In this document: positions 12,591 through 24,563 of the stretch, piece after piece
Numbering within the stretch: position 1 is the first letter of the stretch
Layout: each line of letters begins with the position of its first letter
Source: Escherichia coli
GTDB lineage: Bacteria; Pseudomonadota; Gammaproteobacteria; Enterobacterales; Enterobacteriaceae
NCBI RefSeq assembly: GCF_003018235.1
Contig: NZ_CP027437.1
DNA length: 64,000 nucleotides
Reading direction: 5' to 3' (one strand)
Notes under the pieces: model-generated
Seen by the model: only the letters and a program-made list of their open reading frames with translations
Told to the model about the DNA's origin: nothing
Database searches by the model: none
Position numbers and translations under genes: made by a program

Positions 12591-12805
12591 TGTGCCTCCT
12601 GCAACTGGGTGAAATTCGCCGGTGTCAGAGTACGCCAGTGGGCTTCAAGCCACTGCTGGCAGGACGCCTGTGACTGCGGCTGACACACAACGTCCCAGCC
12701 TGCCGGTAAGGCGCATTGTTGCGGCCACAGACTGAATTGCCCCTGCGCATTGCGCAAAATGTAAAACACGCCCTGCGGATCATCGAAGGGATTACTGAAT
12801 GCCAT
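12587..12805 (-). CDS. ybdZ: MbtH-like protein YbdZ
   Basis: Small ORF overlapping the entF start; translation MAFSNPFDDPQG with conserved tryptophans; start taken at the second Met of the track ORF. Confidence 0.8.
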   Translation of the reverse strand: MAFSNPFDDPQGVFYILRNAQGQFSLWPQQCALPAGWDVVCQPQSQASCQQWLEAHWRTLTPANFTQLQEAQ

Positions 12806-12807
12806 AT

Positions 12808-14010
12808 TCAACTCCTGTCATGGAAAAGTGGTTGCCAGAGGTCGATTAGCCCCTGCATCAAGCCACCGCGCCAACAAAGCGCATCATGTCCGCCGTCAAC
12901 CTGACGCCAGAAAATGGATTCTTTTATGGGGTGTAATTGCGCATACAGCGCCTGATTGGCCCGCATGATCATCGGCTCGCGAATACCCGCTTCCAGCACA
13001 ATGCGCAGACCTTCGGCGCTAACTTCACCAGCTTTAAGTTGCTCAAGTAAAACACCTTCTTGCTGCCCGCCCCGATGCGGCCACCAGTACGATCCTGACT
13101 GGCTTAATACACAGCCAAAGCGTTCAGGCCAGTGCAGTCCGGCATACAGCGCGGAAAGCCCACCAAAACTCTGCCCGGCGACCACGGTGCGATCGGCGCG
13201 ATCGCTAAAAGGGGCAATAGCTTTCACCAGGGGTAATAACTCTTGCTGTACTGCCAGCCAGAAATCCGCATTACACGGCAGTTCGTGGGCGCGGTGCGTG
13301 GTGTCGATAGCGTCGATCAACACATACACGGCGGGAGGAAGTTGCCGACGATGGGTCAGCGAAGTCAGCACAGGCCAGACGGGCATACTTTGCGCCCAAA
13401 ATTCGCCATCGAGCAAAACTGCCAGCGGGCGTTCTTCTGCTGTTACATCGCCGGTGGTAAAAATCCATACACGACGTGAATTTTTCAGCCGTTCACTTTT
13501 CCAGATAATTTCTTTGACAGGTATTTCTGGCGCTTGCGGACAATCCCATCCCGGTTGCAGAGGCGCTTGCGGCATTTCGAGTGCAGAAACAGCGTGCCCT
13601 CGCCCGCCTTTCCAGCTTTGTGGATTCAGCGGATCGGCTATCGCCTGGGGTAATAGTTTTCGCCAGCCTTCGCGTAATTCGAGGCGATCAGGGGATGGTG
13701 CAGAAAAAATGTCATCGCGTTCGGTGGGAATAAAGCAGTAGCTGCCGCGCCAGTTGGCATTGAGTTGTGTCGTCCACTGCCAGACATCAGTACCTGCAAT
13801 TCGCTGCATCGACTGGGGCTGGCTGTTCTGATGGTGATCGGTCACACCAGTGATGTAGACCCATACCCGCTTTATCGTCGAGTATTCTTCAGAACCTTGG
13901 GGATCACGCCACCAGAAAGTGACCTCAAACATTTCGTCATTCAGACGCTGCCATTCCGGGCCATGTTTCGACTGCCACCAGCTCTCACTTCCTACTTTTA
14001 ACGCCGTCAC
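12808..14010 (-). CDS. fes: enterochelin esterase Fes
   Basis: 400-aa ORF with esterase GQSFGG motif, first gene of the fes-ybdZ-entF-fepE transcription unit. Confidence 0.9.
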   Translation of the reverse strand: MTALKVGSESWWQSKHGPEWQRLNDEMFEVTFWWRDPQGSEEYSTIKRVWVYITGVTDHHQNSQPQSMQRIAGTDVWQWTTQLNANWRGSYCFIPTERDDIFSAPSPDRLELREGWRKLLPQAIADPLNPQSWKGGRGHAVSALEMPQAPLQPGWDCPQAPEIPVKEIIWKSERLKNSRRVWIFTTGDVTAEERPLAVLLDGEFWAQSMPVWPVLTSLTHRRQLPPAVYVLIDAIDTTHRAHELPCNADFWLAVQQELLPLVKAIAPFSDRADRTVVAGQSFGGLSALYAGLHWPERFGCVLSQSGSYWWPHRGGQQEGVLLEQLKAGEVSAEGLRIVLEAGIREPMIMRANQALYAQLHPIKESIFWRQVDGGHDALCWRGGLMQGLIDLWQPLFHDRS

Positions 14011-14062
14011 ACCATAACCCCATGTTTACTGTGCAATTTTTCATTGATTGCAGAAATATATT

Positions 14063-14096
14063 GATAATATTATTGATAACTATTTGCATTTGCAAT
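14063..14096. promoter_or_regulatory. Fur box-like sites in the fes/fepA divergent promoter
   Basis: gataatattattgataactatttgcatttgcaatag contains overlapping Fur-consensus-like hexamers. Confidence 0.5.
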
Positions 14097-14252
14097 AGCG
14101 TAATGGCGCGCCGTGGGAAGCGCGGACATTAATTAACCAACTGCACTGCGTGTCTTTCAGGATCAAAGGTTTTCGCGGTAGCGGGGTGCGTCGTATTGAT
14201 GACGACCATGCCTGACAGTTGCAATTCGTGGCAAAAATGCAGGAATAAAACA

Positions 14253-16493
14253 ATGAACAAGAAGATTCATTCCCTGGCCTTGTTGGTCAATCTGGGGATT
14301 TATGGGGTAGCACAGGCACAAGAGCCAACCGATACTCCTGTTTCACATGACGATACCATTGTCGTTACCGCCGCCGAGCAGAACTTGCAGGCGCCTGGCG
14401 TTTCGACCATCACCGCAGATGAAATCCGCAAAAACCCCGTTGCCCGCGATGTCTCGGAGATCATCCGTACCATGCCAGGCGTTAACCTGACCGGTAACTC
14501 CACCAGTGGTCAGCGTGGGAATAACCGACAGATTGATATTCGCGGTATGGGTCCGGAAAACACGCTGATTTTGATTGACGGCAAGCCGGTAAGCAGCCGT
14601 AACTCGGTGCGTCAGGGCTGGCGTGGCGAGCGCGATACCCGTGGTGATACCTCCTGGGTGCCACCTGAAATGATTGAACGTATTGAAGTTCTGCGTGGTC
14701 CGGCAGCTGCGCGTTATGGCAACGGCGCGGCGGGCGGCGTGGTTAACATCATTACCAAAAAAGGCAGTGGTGAGTGGCACGGCTCCTGGGACGCATATTT
14801 CAATGCGCCAGAACATAAAGAGGAAGGTGCCACTAAACGCACCAACTTCAGCCTGACCGGTCCGCTGGGCGACGAATTCAGCTTCCGCTTGTATGGCAAC
14901 CTCGACAAAACCCAGGCTGACGCGTGGGATATCAACCAGGGCCATCAGTCCGCGCGTGCCGGAACGTATGCCACGACGTTACCAGCCGGGCGCGAAGGGG
15001 TAATTAACAAAGATATTAATGGCGTGGTGCGCTGGGACTTCGCGCCATTGCAATCGCTGGAACTGGAAGCAGGTTACAGCCGCCAGGGCAACCTGTATGC
15101 GGGCGACACCCAGAACACCAACTCCGATTCCTATACCCGCTCGAAATATGGCGATGAAACCAACCGTCTGTATCGCCAGAACTACTCGCTGACCTGGAAC
15201 GGCGGCTGGGATAACGGAGTGACCACCAGCAACTGGGTGCAGTACGAACACACCCGTAACTCGCGTATTCCGGAAGGTCTGGCGGGCGGTACCGAAGGGA
15301 AATTTAACGAAAAAGCGACACAGGATTTCGTCGATATCGATCTTGATGACGTGATGCTGCACAGCGAAGTTAACCTGCCGATTGATTTCCTCGTTAACCA
15401 GACGCTGACGCTGGGTACGGAGTGGAATCAGCAGCGGATGAAGGATTTAAGTTCCAACACCCAGGCGCTCACTGGGACGAATACCGGCGGTGCTATTGAT
15501 GGTGTGAGTGCGACAGACCGTAGCCCATATTCAAAAGCAGAAATTTTCTCGCTGTTTGCCGAAAACAATATGGAGCTGACTGACAGCACCATCGTAACGC
15601 CTGGGCTGCGTTTCGATCATCACAGCATTGTTGGCAATAACTGGAGTCCGGCGCTGAACATCTCGCAAGGTTTAGGTGATGACTTCACTCTGAAAATGGG
15701 CATTGCCCGTGCTTATAAAGCGCCGAGTCTGTACCAGACTAACCCAAACTACATTCTCTATAGTAAAGGTCAGGGCTGCTATGCCAGCGCGGGCGGCTGC
15801 TATCTGCAAGGTAATGATGACCTGAAAGCGGAAACCAGTATTAACAAAGAGATTGGTCTGGAGTTCAAGCGCGACGGCTGGCTGGCGGGCGTCACCTGGT
15901 TCCGTAACGATTATCGCAATAAGATTGAAGCGGGCTATGTGGCTGTAGGGCAAAACGCAGTCGGCACCGATCTCTATCAGTGGGATAACGTACCGAAAGC
16001 GGTGGTTGAAGGTCTGGAAGGATCGCTAAACGTACCGGTTAGCGAAACGGTGATGTGGACCAATAACATCACTTATATGCTGAAGAGTGAAAACAAAACC
16101 ACGGGCGACCGTTTGTCGATCATCCCGGAGTATACGTTGAACTCAACGCTGAGCTGGCAGGCACGGGAAGATTTGTCGATGCAAACAACCTTCACCTGGT
16201 ACGGCAAGCAGCAGCCGAAGAAGTACAACTATAAAGGTCAGCCAGCGGTTGGACCGGAAACCAAAGAAATCAGCCCGTACAGCATTGTTGGCCTGAGCGC
16301 GACCTGGGATGTGACGAAGAATGTCAGTCTGACCGGCGGCGTGGACAACCTGTTCGACAAACGTTTGTGGCGTGCGGGTAATGCCCAGACCACGGGCGAT
16401 CTGGCAGGAGCCAACTATATCGCCGGTGCCGGGGCGTATACCTATAACGAGCCGGGACGTACGTGGTATATGAGCATTAATACTCACTTCTGA
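14253..16493 (+). CDS. fepA: TonB-dependent ferric enterobactin outer membrane receptor FepA
   Basis: Track ORF 14196..16493; start trimmed to MNKKIHSLALL (ATG 14253); TonB box DTIVVTA; C-terminal F as in beta-barrel proteins. Confidence 0.9.
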   Translation: MNKKIHSLALLVNLGIYGVAQAQEPTDTPVSHDDTIVVTAAEQNLQAPGVSTITADEIRKNPVARDVSEIIRTMPGVNLTGNSTSGQRGNNRQIDIRGMGPENTLILIDGKPVSSRNSVRQGWRGERDTRGDTSWVPPEMIERIEVLRGPAAARYGNGAAGGVVNIITKKGSGEWHGSWDAYFNAPEHKEEGATKRTNFSLTGPLGDEFSFRLYGNLDKTQADAWDINQGHQSARAGTYATTLPAGREGVINKDINGVVRWDFAPLQSLELEAGYSRQGNLYAGDTQNTNSDSYTRSKYGDETNRLYRQNYSLTWNGGWDNGVTTSNWVQYEHTRNSRIPEGLAGGTEGKFNEKATQDFVDIDLDDVMLHSEVNLPIDFLVNQTLTLGTEWNQQRMKDLSSNTQALTGTNTGGAIDGVSATDRSPYSKAEIFSLFAENNMELTDSTIVTPGLRFDHHSIVGNNWSPALNISQGLGDDFTLKMGIARAYKAPSLYQTNPNYILYSKGQGCYASAGGCYLQGNDDLKAETSINKEIGLEFKRDGWLAGVTWFRNDYRNKIEAGYVAVGQNAVGTDLYQWDNVPKAVVEGLEGSLNVPVSETVMWTNNITYMLKSENKTTGDRLSIIPEYTLNSTLSWQAREDLSMQTTFTWYGKQQPKKYNYKGQPAVGPETKEISPYSIVGLSATWDVTKNVSLTGGVDNLFDKRLWRAGNAQTTGDLAGANYIAGAGAYTYNEPGRTWYMSINTHF

Positions 16494-16530
16494 TGCTAAC
16501 GTCAGATTGTTGACAAAGTGCGCGTAGTTC

Positions 16531-16630
16531 ATGCCGGATGCGGCGTGAACGCCTTATCCGGCCTACAAAAATCTTGCCAATTCAATATATTGCAGGACCA
16601 CGTAGGCCTGATAAGCGTAGCGCATCAGGC
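16531..16630. repeat. pair of REP-like palindromic units between fepA and entD
   Basis: gccggatgcggcgtgaacgccttatccggcctac and gtaggcctgataagcgtagcgcatcaggc are classic enterobacterial REP sequences in opposite orientation. Confidence 0.5.
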
Positions 16631-16667
16631 AGTTTTGCGTTTGTCAACATTCTCTAATATGGTCGAC

Positions 16668-17288
16668 ATGAAAACTACGCATACCGCCCTCCCCTTTGCC
16701 GGAAATACGCTGCATTTTGTTAAGTTCGATCCGGCGAGTTTTCGCGAGCAGGATTTACTCTGGCTGCCACACTACGCACAACTGCAACACGCTGGACGTA
16801 AACGTAAAACAGAGCATTTAGCTGGACGAATCGCTGCTGTTTATGCCTTGCGGGAATATGACTATAAATATGTGCCCGCTATCGGCGAGCTACGCCAACC
16901 TGTGTGGCCTGCGGAGGTATACGGCAGTATTAGCCACTGCGGGACTACGGCATTAGCCGTGGTATCTCGTCAACCGATTGGCATTGATATCGAAGAGATT
17001 TTCTCTGTACAAACCGCAAGAGAATTGACAGACAACATTATTACACCAGCAGAACACGAGCGACTCGCAGAATGCGGTTTAACCTTTTCTCTGGCGCTAA
17101 CACTGGCATTTTCCGCCAAAGAGAGCGCATTTAAGGCATCGGAGAGACAAACTGATGCAGGATTTCTGGATTATCAGATAATTAGCTTGAATAAACAGCA
17201 GATCATCATTCGACTAGAGGATGAGCAGTTTGCTGTGCACTGGCAGATAAAAGAAAAGATAGTCATAACGCTGTGCCAACACGATTAA
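16668..17288 (+). CDS. entD: phosphopantetheinyl transferase EntD
   Basis: Track ORF 16518..17288 reads through the REP units; start trimmed to MKTTHTALPF (ATG 16668) by recognition of EntD. Confidence 0.85.
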   Translation: MKTTHTALPFAGNTLHFVKFDPASFREQDLLWLPHYAQLQHAGRKRKTEHLAGRIAAVYALREYDYKYVPAIGELRQPVWPAEVYGSISHCGTTALAVVSRQPIGIDIEEIFSVQTARELTDNIITPAEHERLAECGLTFSLALTLAFSAKESAFKASERQTDAGFLDYQIISLNKQQIIIRLEDEQFAVHWQIKEKIVITLCQHD

Positions 17289-17437
17289 TTGACAATACCC
17301 GGAGCGATTCGCCCGCAGCCAATGCTGACTGCGGGCGAAAGTGTAAAGCAGGTGCCTTACTACTCTGACCTGACAACCGGATATGCGGGGATTACTCCCA
17401 TAAGCGCTAACTTAAGGGATTACTCCCCGCACAACGG

Positions 17438-17590
17438 CTACTTCTTCGGTTCGTAAGCGAGAACAGCCTTAAACTCAATATTACGTTCCTTCACCGTAAA
17501 CTCACACAGCGAGTCGCGGACCAGAAGCGTAAATCCCAGCACCGTTAAACACAGCACTATGACTGCCACAAGGGCATATTTCGTCAGCAT
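17438..17590 (-). CDS. hokE: Hok-family membrane toxin, copy 1 (one substitution versus HokE: G25R)
   Basis: 50 codons [50 protein letters not shown]; overlapped out of frame by the mok-like ORF 17502..17735. Confidence 0.8.
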   Translation of the reverse strand: MLTKYALVAVIVLCLTVLGFTLLVRDSLCEFTVKERNIEFKAVLAYEPKK

Positions 17591-17735
17591 GTTTATATTG
17601 CCTCCATGCGAAGAAGGGACTACCATCCGAGTTGTTGAGGTTCGGAGTGGCAGCCCCAGGATTGATAGAAATATCTCCTGGGGCTTCATCTTTCCAGATC
17701 TCAGAGTTAACCTGAAACCGGAAAGCTTCAGGCAC
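17502..17735 (-). CDS. Mok-like overlapping reading frame of hok copy 1
   Basis: 77-aa ORF in a different frame covering most of hok, the arrangement known for hok/sok loci. Confidence 0.5.
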   Translation of the reverse strand: MPEAFRFQVNSEIWKDEAPGDISINPGAATPNLNNSDGSPFFAWRQYKHADEICPCGSHSAVFNGAGIYASGPRLAV

Positions 17736-17940
17736 CCGCAGCTATCTTACCTTTCCTCAACAAAATAGCTGTTTATTTATACAGCAAATCCTGTTTCGGA
17801 CTTCTGTTGGCAAAACTGATCATTGCCCTTAAAACGACATCGCCCGCAGCCATTGCTGACCGCGGGCGAAAGTGTAAAACAGGTGCCTTACCACCCTGAC
17901 CTGACAACCGGATATGCGGGGATTGCTCCCCGCACAACGG

Positions 17941-18093
17941 CTACTTCTTCGGTTCGTAAGCGAGAACAGCCCTGAACTCAATATTACGTTCGTTCACCGT
18001 AAACTCACACAGCGAGTCTCCGACCAGAAGCGTAAATCCCAGCACCGTTAAACACAGCACTATGACTGCCACAAGGGCATATTTCGTCAGCAT
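17941..18093 (-). CDS. Hok-family toxin, copy 2 (K34N and K41R versus HokE)
   Basis: [50 protein letters not shown]; mok-like ORF 18005..18193 overlaps. Confidence 0.75.
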   Translation of the reverse strand: MLTKYALVAVIVLCLTVLGFTLLVGDSLCEFTVNERNIEFRAVLAYEPKK

Positions 18094-18193
18094 GTTTATA
18101 TTGCCTCCATGCGAAGAAGGGACTACCATCCAAATTGTTCAGGTTTGGGTAGGTAGCCCCAGGGTTGATAGAAATATCGTCCTGGGGCTTCAT
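18005..18193 (-). CDS. Mok-like overlapping frame of hok copy 2 (N-terminus differs from copy 1)
   Basis: 62-aa overlapping [16 protein letters not shown]... Confidence 0.4.
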   Translation of the reverse strand: MKPQDDISINPGATYPNLNNLDGSPFFAWRQYKHADEICPCGSHSAVFNGAGIYASGRRLAV

Positions 18194-18444
18194 CTTTCCA
18201 GACCTCAGAGTTAACCTGAAACCGGAAAGCTTCAGGCACCCGCTGTTATCTTACCCTTCCTCAGCAAAATAGCTGTTTATTTATACAGTGAATCCTGTTT
18301 CGGACTTCTGTTGGCAAAACTGATCATTGCCCTTAAAACGACATCGCCCGCAGCCATTGCTGACCGCGGGCGAAAGTGTAAAACAGGTGCCTTACCACCC
18401 TGACCTGACAACCGGATATGCGGGGATTACTCCCCGCACAACGG

Positions 18445-18597
18445 CTACTTCTTCGGTTCGTAAGCGAGAACAGCCTTAAACTCAATATTACGTTCCTTCA
18501 CCGTAAACTCACACAGCGAGTCTCCGACCAGAAGCGTAAATCCCAGTACCGTCAAACACAGCACTATGACTGCCACAAGGGCATATTTCGTCAGCAT
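18445..18597 (-). CDS. Hok-family toxin, copy 3 (identical to the HokE sequence I recall)
   Basis: [50 protein letters not shown]; here the hok frame stays open upstream to 18741 and begins with the Mok N-terminus (MPEAFRFQV...), i.e. the mok and hok frames are fused. Confidence 0.75.
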   Translation of the reverse strand: MLTKYALVAVIVLCLTVLGFTLLVGDSLCEFTVKERNIEFKAVLAYEPKK

Positions 18598-19028
18598 GTT
18601 TATATTGCCTCCATGCGAAGAAGGGACTACCATCCAAATTGTCTGGTTTGGAGTGGCAGCCCCAGGGTTGATAGAAATATCTCCTGGGGCTTCATCTTTC
18701 CAGACCTCAGAGTAAACCTGAAACCGGAAAGCTTCAGGCACCCGCCGTTATCTTACCCTTCCTCAGCAAAATAGCTGTTTATTTATACAGTGAGTCCTGT
18801 TTCGGACTTCTCACTCCTCATTTGATCAACTGAAGCTGAACCCGTTTTTTTCTGCATGCCTCAATCGTCAAAATTCTTCGCCACCAGCCAGCTCTGCCAT
18901 AACTTGTCACATTGCAAAAGTAGCCAAATTGCTTCAGTCACCATCACCAAAAAAAAGAAACATTCCAGAACTTCCGCATCTCGCCCAGCCGCTCCGACTT
19001 CTATACTGAATAGAAAACGCCAACATAA

Positions 19029-20156
<1,128 letters not shown>

Positions 20157-20221
20157 GCCGGGAATTGCCTTACAGAAGAATATCCCTGACAATGGTGTTT
20201 TAACTTACATTTAACAATGTT

Positions 20222-20470
20222 ATGAAACACCCTTTAGAAACCTTGACCACCGCAGCAGGCATTTTGCTGATGGCTTTCCTTTCTTGCCTGCTGCTACCCG
20301 CCCCCGCACTGGGGCTGACGCTGGCACAAAAACTGGTGACCATGTTCCATCTGATGGATCTTAGCCAGCTTTACACTTTATTGTTTTGTCTGTGGTTTTT
20401 AGTGCTGGGCGCTATTGAGTATTTTGTTCTGCGCTTTATCTGGCGACGCTGGTTCTCGCTGGCGGATTAA
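20222..20470 (+). CDS. ybdJ: small inner membrane protein YbdJ
   Basis: 82-aa ORF with two hydrophobic segments; recognised as YbdJ. Confidence 0.8.
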
Positions 20471-20535
20471 ACGTCGATTATCGCCGAACTTCGCGGCATA
20501 CTTTGCTTATTCTCCTTCGCCTAAAGGAACGTTTA

Positions 20536-20903
20536 TGGATAAGCAATCACTGCACGAAACGGCGAAACGCCTGGCCCTTGAGTTACCCTTTGTCGAGCTT
20601 TGCTGGCCTTTTGGCCCGGAGTTCGATGTTTTTAAAATTGGCGGCAAGATTTTTATGCTGTCGTCGGAGCTGCGCGGCGTCCCCTTTATCAATCTGAAGT
20701 CCGATCCACAAAAATCCCTGTTAAATCAGCAAATATACCCGAGCATCAAGCCAGGGTATCACATGAATAAAAAGCACTGGATTTCAGTGTATCCCGGCGA
20801 GGAAATCTCCGAAGCGTTACTTCGCGATCTGATCAACGATTCGTGGAATCTGGTGGTTGATGGTCTGGCTAAACGCGATCAAAAAAGAGTGCGTCCAGGC
20901 TAA
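20536..20903 (+). CDS. ybdF: uncharacterised protein YbdF
   Basis: Track ORF 20415..20903; start trimmed to [13 protein letters not shown] (ATG 20536). Confidence 0.8.
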
Positions 20904-20996
20904 AGCGGAAATCTATAGCGCATTTTTCTCGCTTACCATTTCTCGTTGAACCTTGTAATCTGCTGGCACGCAAAATTACTTTCACATGGAGTCTTT

Positions 20997-21650
20997 ATGG
21001 ATATCATTTCTGTCGCCTTAAAGCGTCATTCCACTAAGGCATTTGATGCCAGCAAAAAACTAACCCCGGAACAGGCCGAGCAGATCAAAACTCTACTGCA
21101 ATACAGCCCATCCAGCACCAACTCCCAGCCGTGGCATTTTATTGTTGCCAGCACGGAAGAAGGTAAAGCGCGTGTTGCCAAATCCGCTGCCGATAATTAC
21201 GTGTTTAACGAGCGTAAAATGCTTGATGCCTCGCACGTCGTGGTGTTCTGTGCAAAAACCGCGATGGACGATGCCTGGCTGAAGCTGGTTGTTGACCAGG
21301 AAGATGCCGATGGCCGTTTTGCCACGCCGGAAGCGAAAGCCGCGAACGATAAAGGTCGCAAGTTCTTCGCCGATATGCACCGTAAAGATCTGCATGATGA
21401 TGCGCAGTGGATGGCAAAACAGGTTTATCTCAACGTCGGTAACTTCCTGCTCGGCGTTGCAGCGCTGGGTCTGGACGCGGTACCCATCGAAGGTTTTGAC
21501 GCCGCCATCCTCGATGCAGAATTTGGTCTGAAAGAGAAAGGCTACACCAGTCTGGTGGTTGTTCCGGTAGGACATCACAGCGTTGAAGATTTTAACGCTA
21601 CGCTGCCGAAATCTCGTCTGCCGCAAAACATCACCTTAACCGAAGTGTAA
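20997..21650 (+). CDS. nfsB: oxygen-insensitive NAD(P)H nitroreductase NfsB
   Basis: Track ORF 20946..21650; start trimmed to [17 protein letters not shown] (ATG 20997). Confidence 0.9.
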   Translation: MDIISVALKRHSTKAFDASKKLTPEQAEQIKTLLQYSPSSTNSQPWHFIVASTEEGKARVAKSAADNYVFNERKMLDASHVVVFCAKTAMDDAWLKLVVDQEDADGRFATPEAKAANDKGRKFFADMHRKDLHDDAQWMAKQVYLNVGNFLLGVAALGLDAVPIEGFDAAILDAEFGLKEKGYTSLVVVPVGHHSVEDFNATLPKSRLPQNITLTEV

Positions 21651-21659
21651 TTCTCTCTT

Positions 21660-21686
21660 GCCGGGCATCTGCCCGGCTATTTCCCC
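21660..21686 (+). terminator. hairpin after nfsB
   Basis: gccgggc atct gcccggc stem followed by tatttcccc. Confidence 0.35.
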
Positions 21687-21709
21687 TCAGATTCTCCTGA
21701 TTTGCATAA

Positions 21710-23005
<1,296 letters not shown>

Positions 23006-23013
23006 TTAAAAAA

Positions 23014-23041
23014 ACCGCTCTTATCGAATGGATGAGAGCGG
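23014..23041 (-). terminator. rho-independent terminator for pheP, possibly bidirectional with ybdG
   Basis: accgctct / agagcggt 8-bp stem; on the minus strand it is followed by a 7-T run (the a-run at 23008-23014). Confidence 0.55.
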
Positions 23042-23085
23042 TTTCGGATGGTTGACATCATTTTGTCGGATACGGCGTGAATACC

Positions 23086-24462
23086 TTATTTCCGACGCAG
23101 CGTTTTAAACGCTACAAACAGGAATACAATCCACACCGGTAGCAGAATCGCTGACAAGCGCATATCATCCATCGTGCACATCAGCAGCAAAATCATGCCG
23201 AGGAAGGCGATGCAAAGATAGTTGCCGAACGGATAGAGCAGCGCCTTAAACTGTGTTTCACGTCCCTGACGTCGCATCGCCGCGCGAAAACGCAGATGCG
23301 CCAGGCAGATCATAATCCAGTTCAACAGCAGCGTTGCTACCACCAGCGCCATCAGCAGACCAAACGCTTTTTGCGGCAGCAGATAGTTGATTAACACCAC
23401 CAGCGAAGTGATGGCTCCGGAAAGCATCAGCGAGTTAATCGGCACGCCGCGACGGCTGACGCGAGTCAAAAACTTCGGTGCATTACCCTGCACAGAAAGG
23501 CCAAACAGCATCCGGCTGTTAGAGTAAACCCCGCTGTTATACACCGATAACGATGCTACCAGAATGACGAAGTTCAGCGCAGAAGCTACCACGTTGCTGT
23601 CGAGATTATGGAAAATCATCACAAACGGGCTACTGTTGGATTTCACTTCCACCCACGGATAGAGTGCCAGTAAAACCACCAGTGAACCGATGTAAAACAG
23701 CAGGATGCGATAAACCACCTGATTCACTGCTTTAGGGATGCTTTTTTCCGGATCGCGCGCTTCAGCGGCAGTAATCCCAATCAGCTCCAGACCGCCGAAG
23801 GAGAACATAATTACCGCCAGCGACAAAATCAGCCCATTCCAGCCGGTGGCAAAAAAACCACCGTAACGCCAGAGGTTGTCGATACTGGCTTTCTCGCCGC
23901 CGTGACCAGAAAACAGCAGCCACAGACCAAAGCCGATCATGCCGATGATCGCCAGCACTTTAATCAGCGCAAACCAGAACTCAGTTTCGCCATATAAGCG
24001 CACGTTCACCAGGTTAACGGCGTTGATGATAATAAAGAAGGCGGCTGCCCAAATCCACGTTGGAACATCCGGGAACCAGTACTGCATATAGATGCCCGCA
24101 GCGGTCAACTCTGCCATTCCCACCAGCACGAACATCACCCAGTAGTTCCAGCCAGAGAGGAAGCCCGCAAACGGTCCCCAGTATTTATAGGCAAAGTGGG
24201 CAAATGAACCGGATACCGGCTCTTCGACCACCATCTCGCCGAGCTGGCGCATAATCAGGAAAGCGATGATCCCAGCGACGCCGTAGCCCAGCAATACAGC
24301 CGGACCCGCCATCTGAATCGCCGGGCCAATGCCAAGAAACAGACCAGTACCAATTGCGCCACCCAGCGCAATCAGTTGAATATGACGGTTATGTAATCCG
24401 CGATGAAGCGTCGGCTCTTGATTCGACGCAGTATCTTCCGATACGGTTGACGCGTTTTTCAC
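23086..24462 (-). CDS. pheP: phenylalanine-specific APC-family permease PheP
   Basis: Track ORF 23086..24498; start placed at the in-frame GTG giving (V/M)KNASTVSEDTASNQ; the choice of start is uncertain. Confidence 0.85.
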   Translation of the reverse strand: MKNASTVSEDTASNQEPTLHRGLHNRHIQLIALGGAIGTGLFLGIGPAIQMAGPAVLLGYGVAGIIAFLIMRQLGEMVVEEPVSGSFAHFAYKYWGPFAGFLSGWNYWVMFVLVGMAELTAAGIYMQYWFPDVPTWIWAAAFFIIINAVNLVNVRLYGETEFWFALIKVLAIIGMIGFGLWLLFSGHGGEKASIDNLWRYGGFFATGWNGLILSLAVIMFSFGGLELIGITAAEARDPEKSIPKAVNQVVYRILLFYIGSLVVLLALYPWVEVKSNSSPFVMIFHNLDSNVVASALNFVILVASLSVYNSGVYSNSRMLFGLSVQGNAPKFLTRVSRRGVPINSLMLSGAITSLVVLINYLLPQKAFGLLMALVVATLLLNWIMICLAHLRFRAAMRRQGRETQFKALLYPFGNYLCIAFLGMILLLMCTMDDMRLSAILLPVWIVFLFVAFKTLRRK

Positions 24463-24563
24463 GCCTTTCCCCTGTGTGTCTTTTTTGTTGAGGGGCACCT
24501 TTTAACATTTAGTGCCCATCGTCGCAAGACACAATCCACACGGTTAAACCGGGTATCCTGCTT

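Larger units (their letters stand above)
17310..18811. repeat. three tandem direct copies (about 504-538 bp each) of a hok/mok/sok type I toxin-antitoxin unit
   Basis: The block gcccgcagcc(a/t)tgctgac(t/c)gcgggcg recurs at about 17311, 17849 and 18353; each unit carries a hok ORF on the minus strand. Confidence 0.85.

Noticed and set aside
12956-13741. 261-aa plus-strand ORF
   Set aside because: Antisense to fes; low-complexity Ser/Arg/Cys-rich translation.
14300-15362. Several minus-strand ORFs of 60-200 aa
   Set aside because: Antisense and alternative-frame ORFs within fepA.
16518-16667. N-terminal extension of the entD track ORF
   Set aside because: The extension reads through two REP palindromes; the recognised EntD begins at the ATG at 16668.
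18418-18774. 118-aa plus-strand ORF
   Set aside because: Antisense to hok copy 3; more likely reflects the sok/antisense region than a protein gene.
17310-18811. Possible CRISPR array or rRNA-like repeats
   Set aside because: The repeat units are about 500 bp and protein-coding (hok); there are no short direct repeats with unique spacers.
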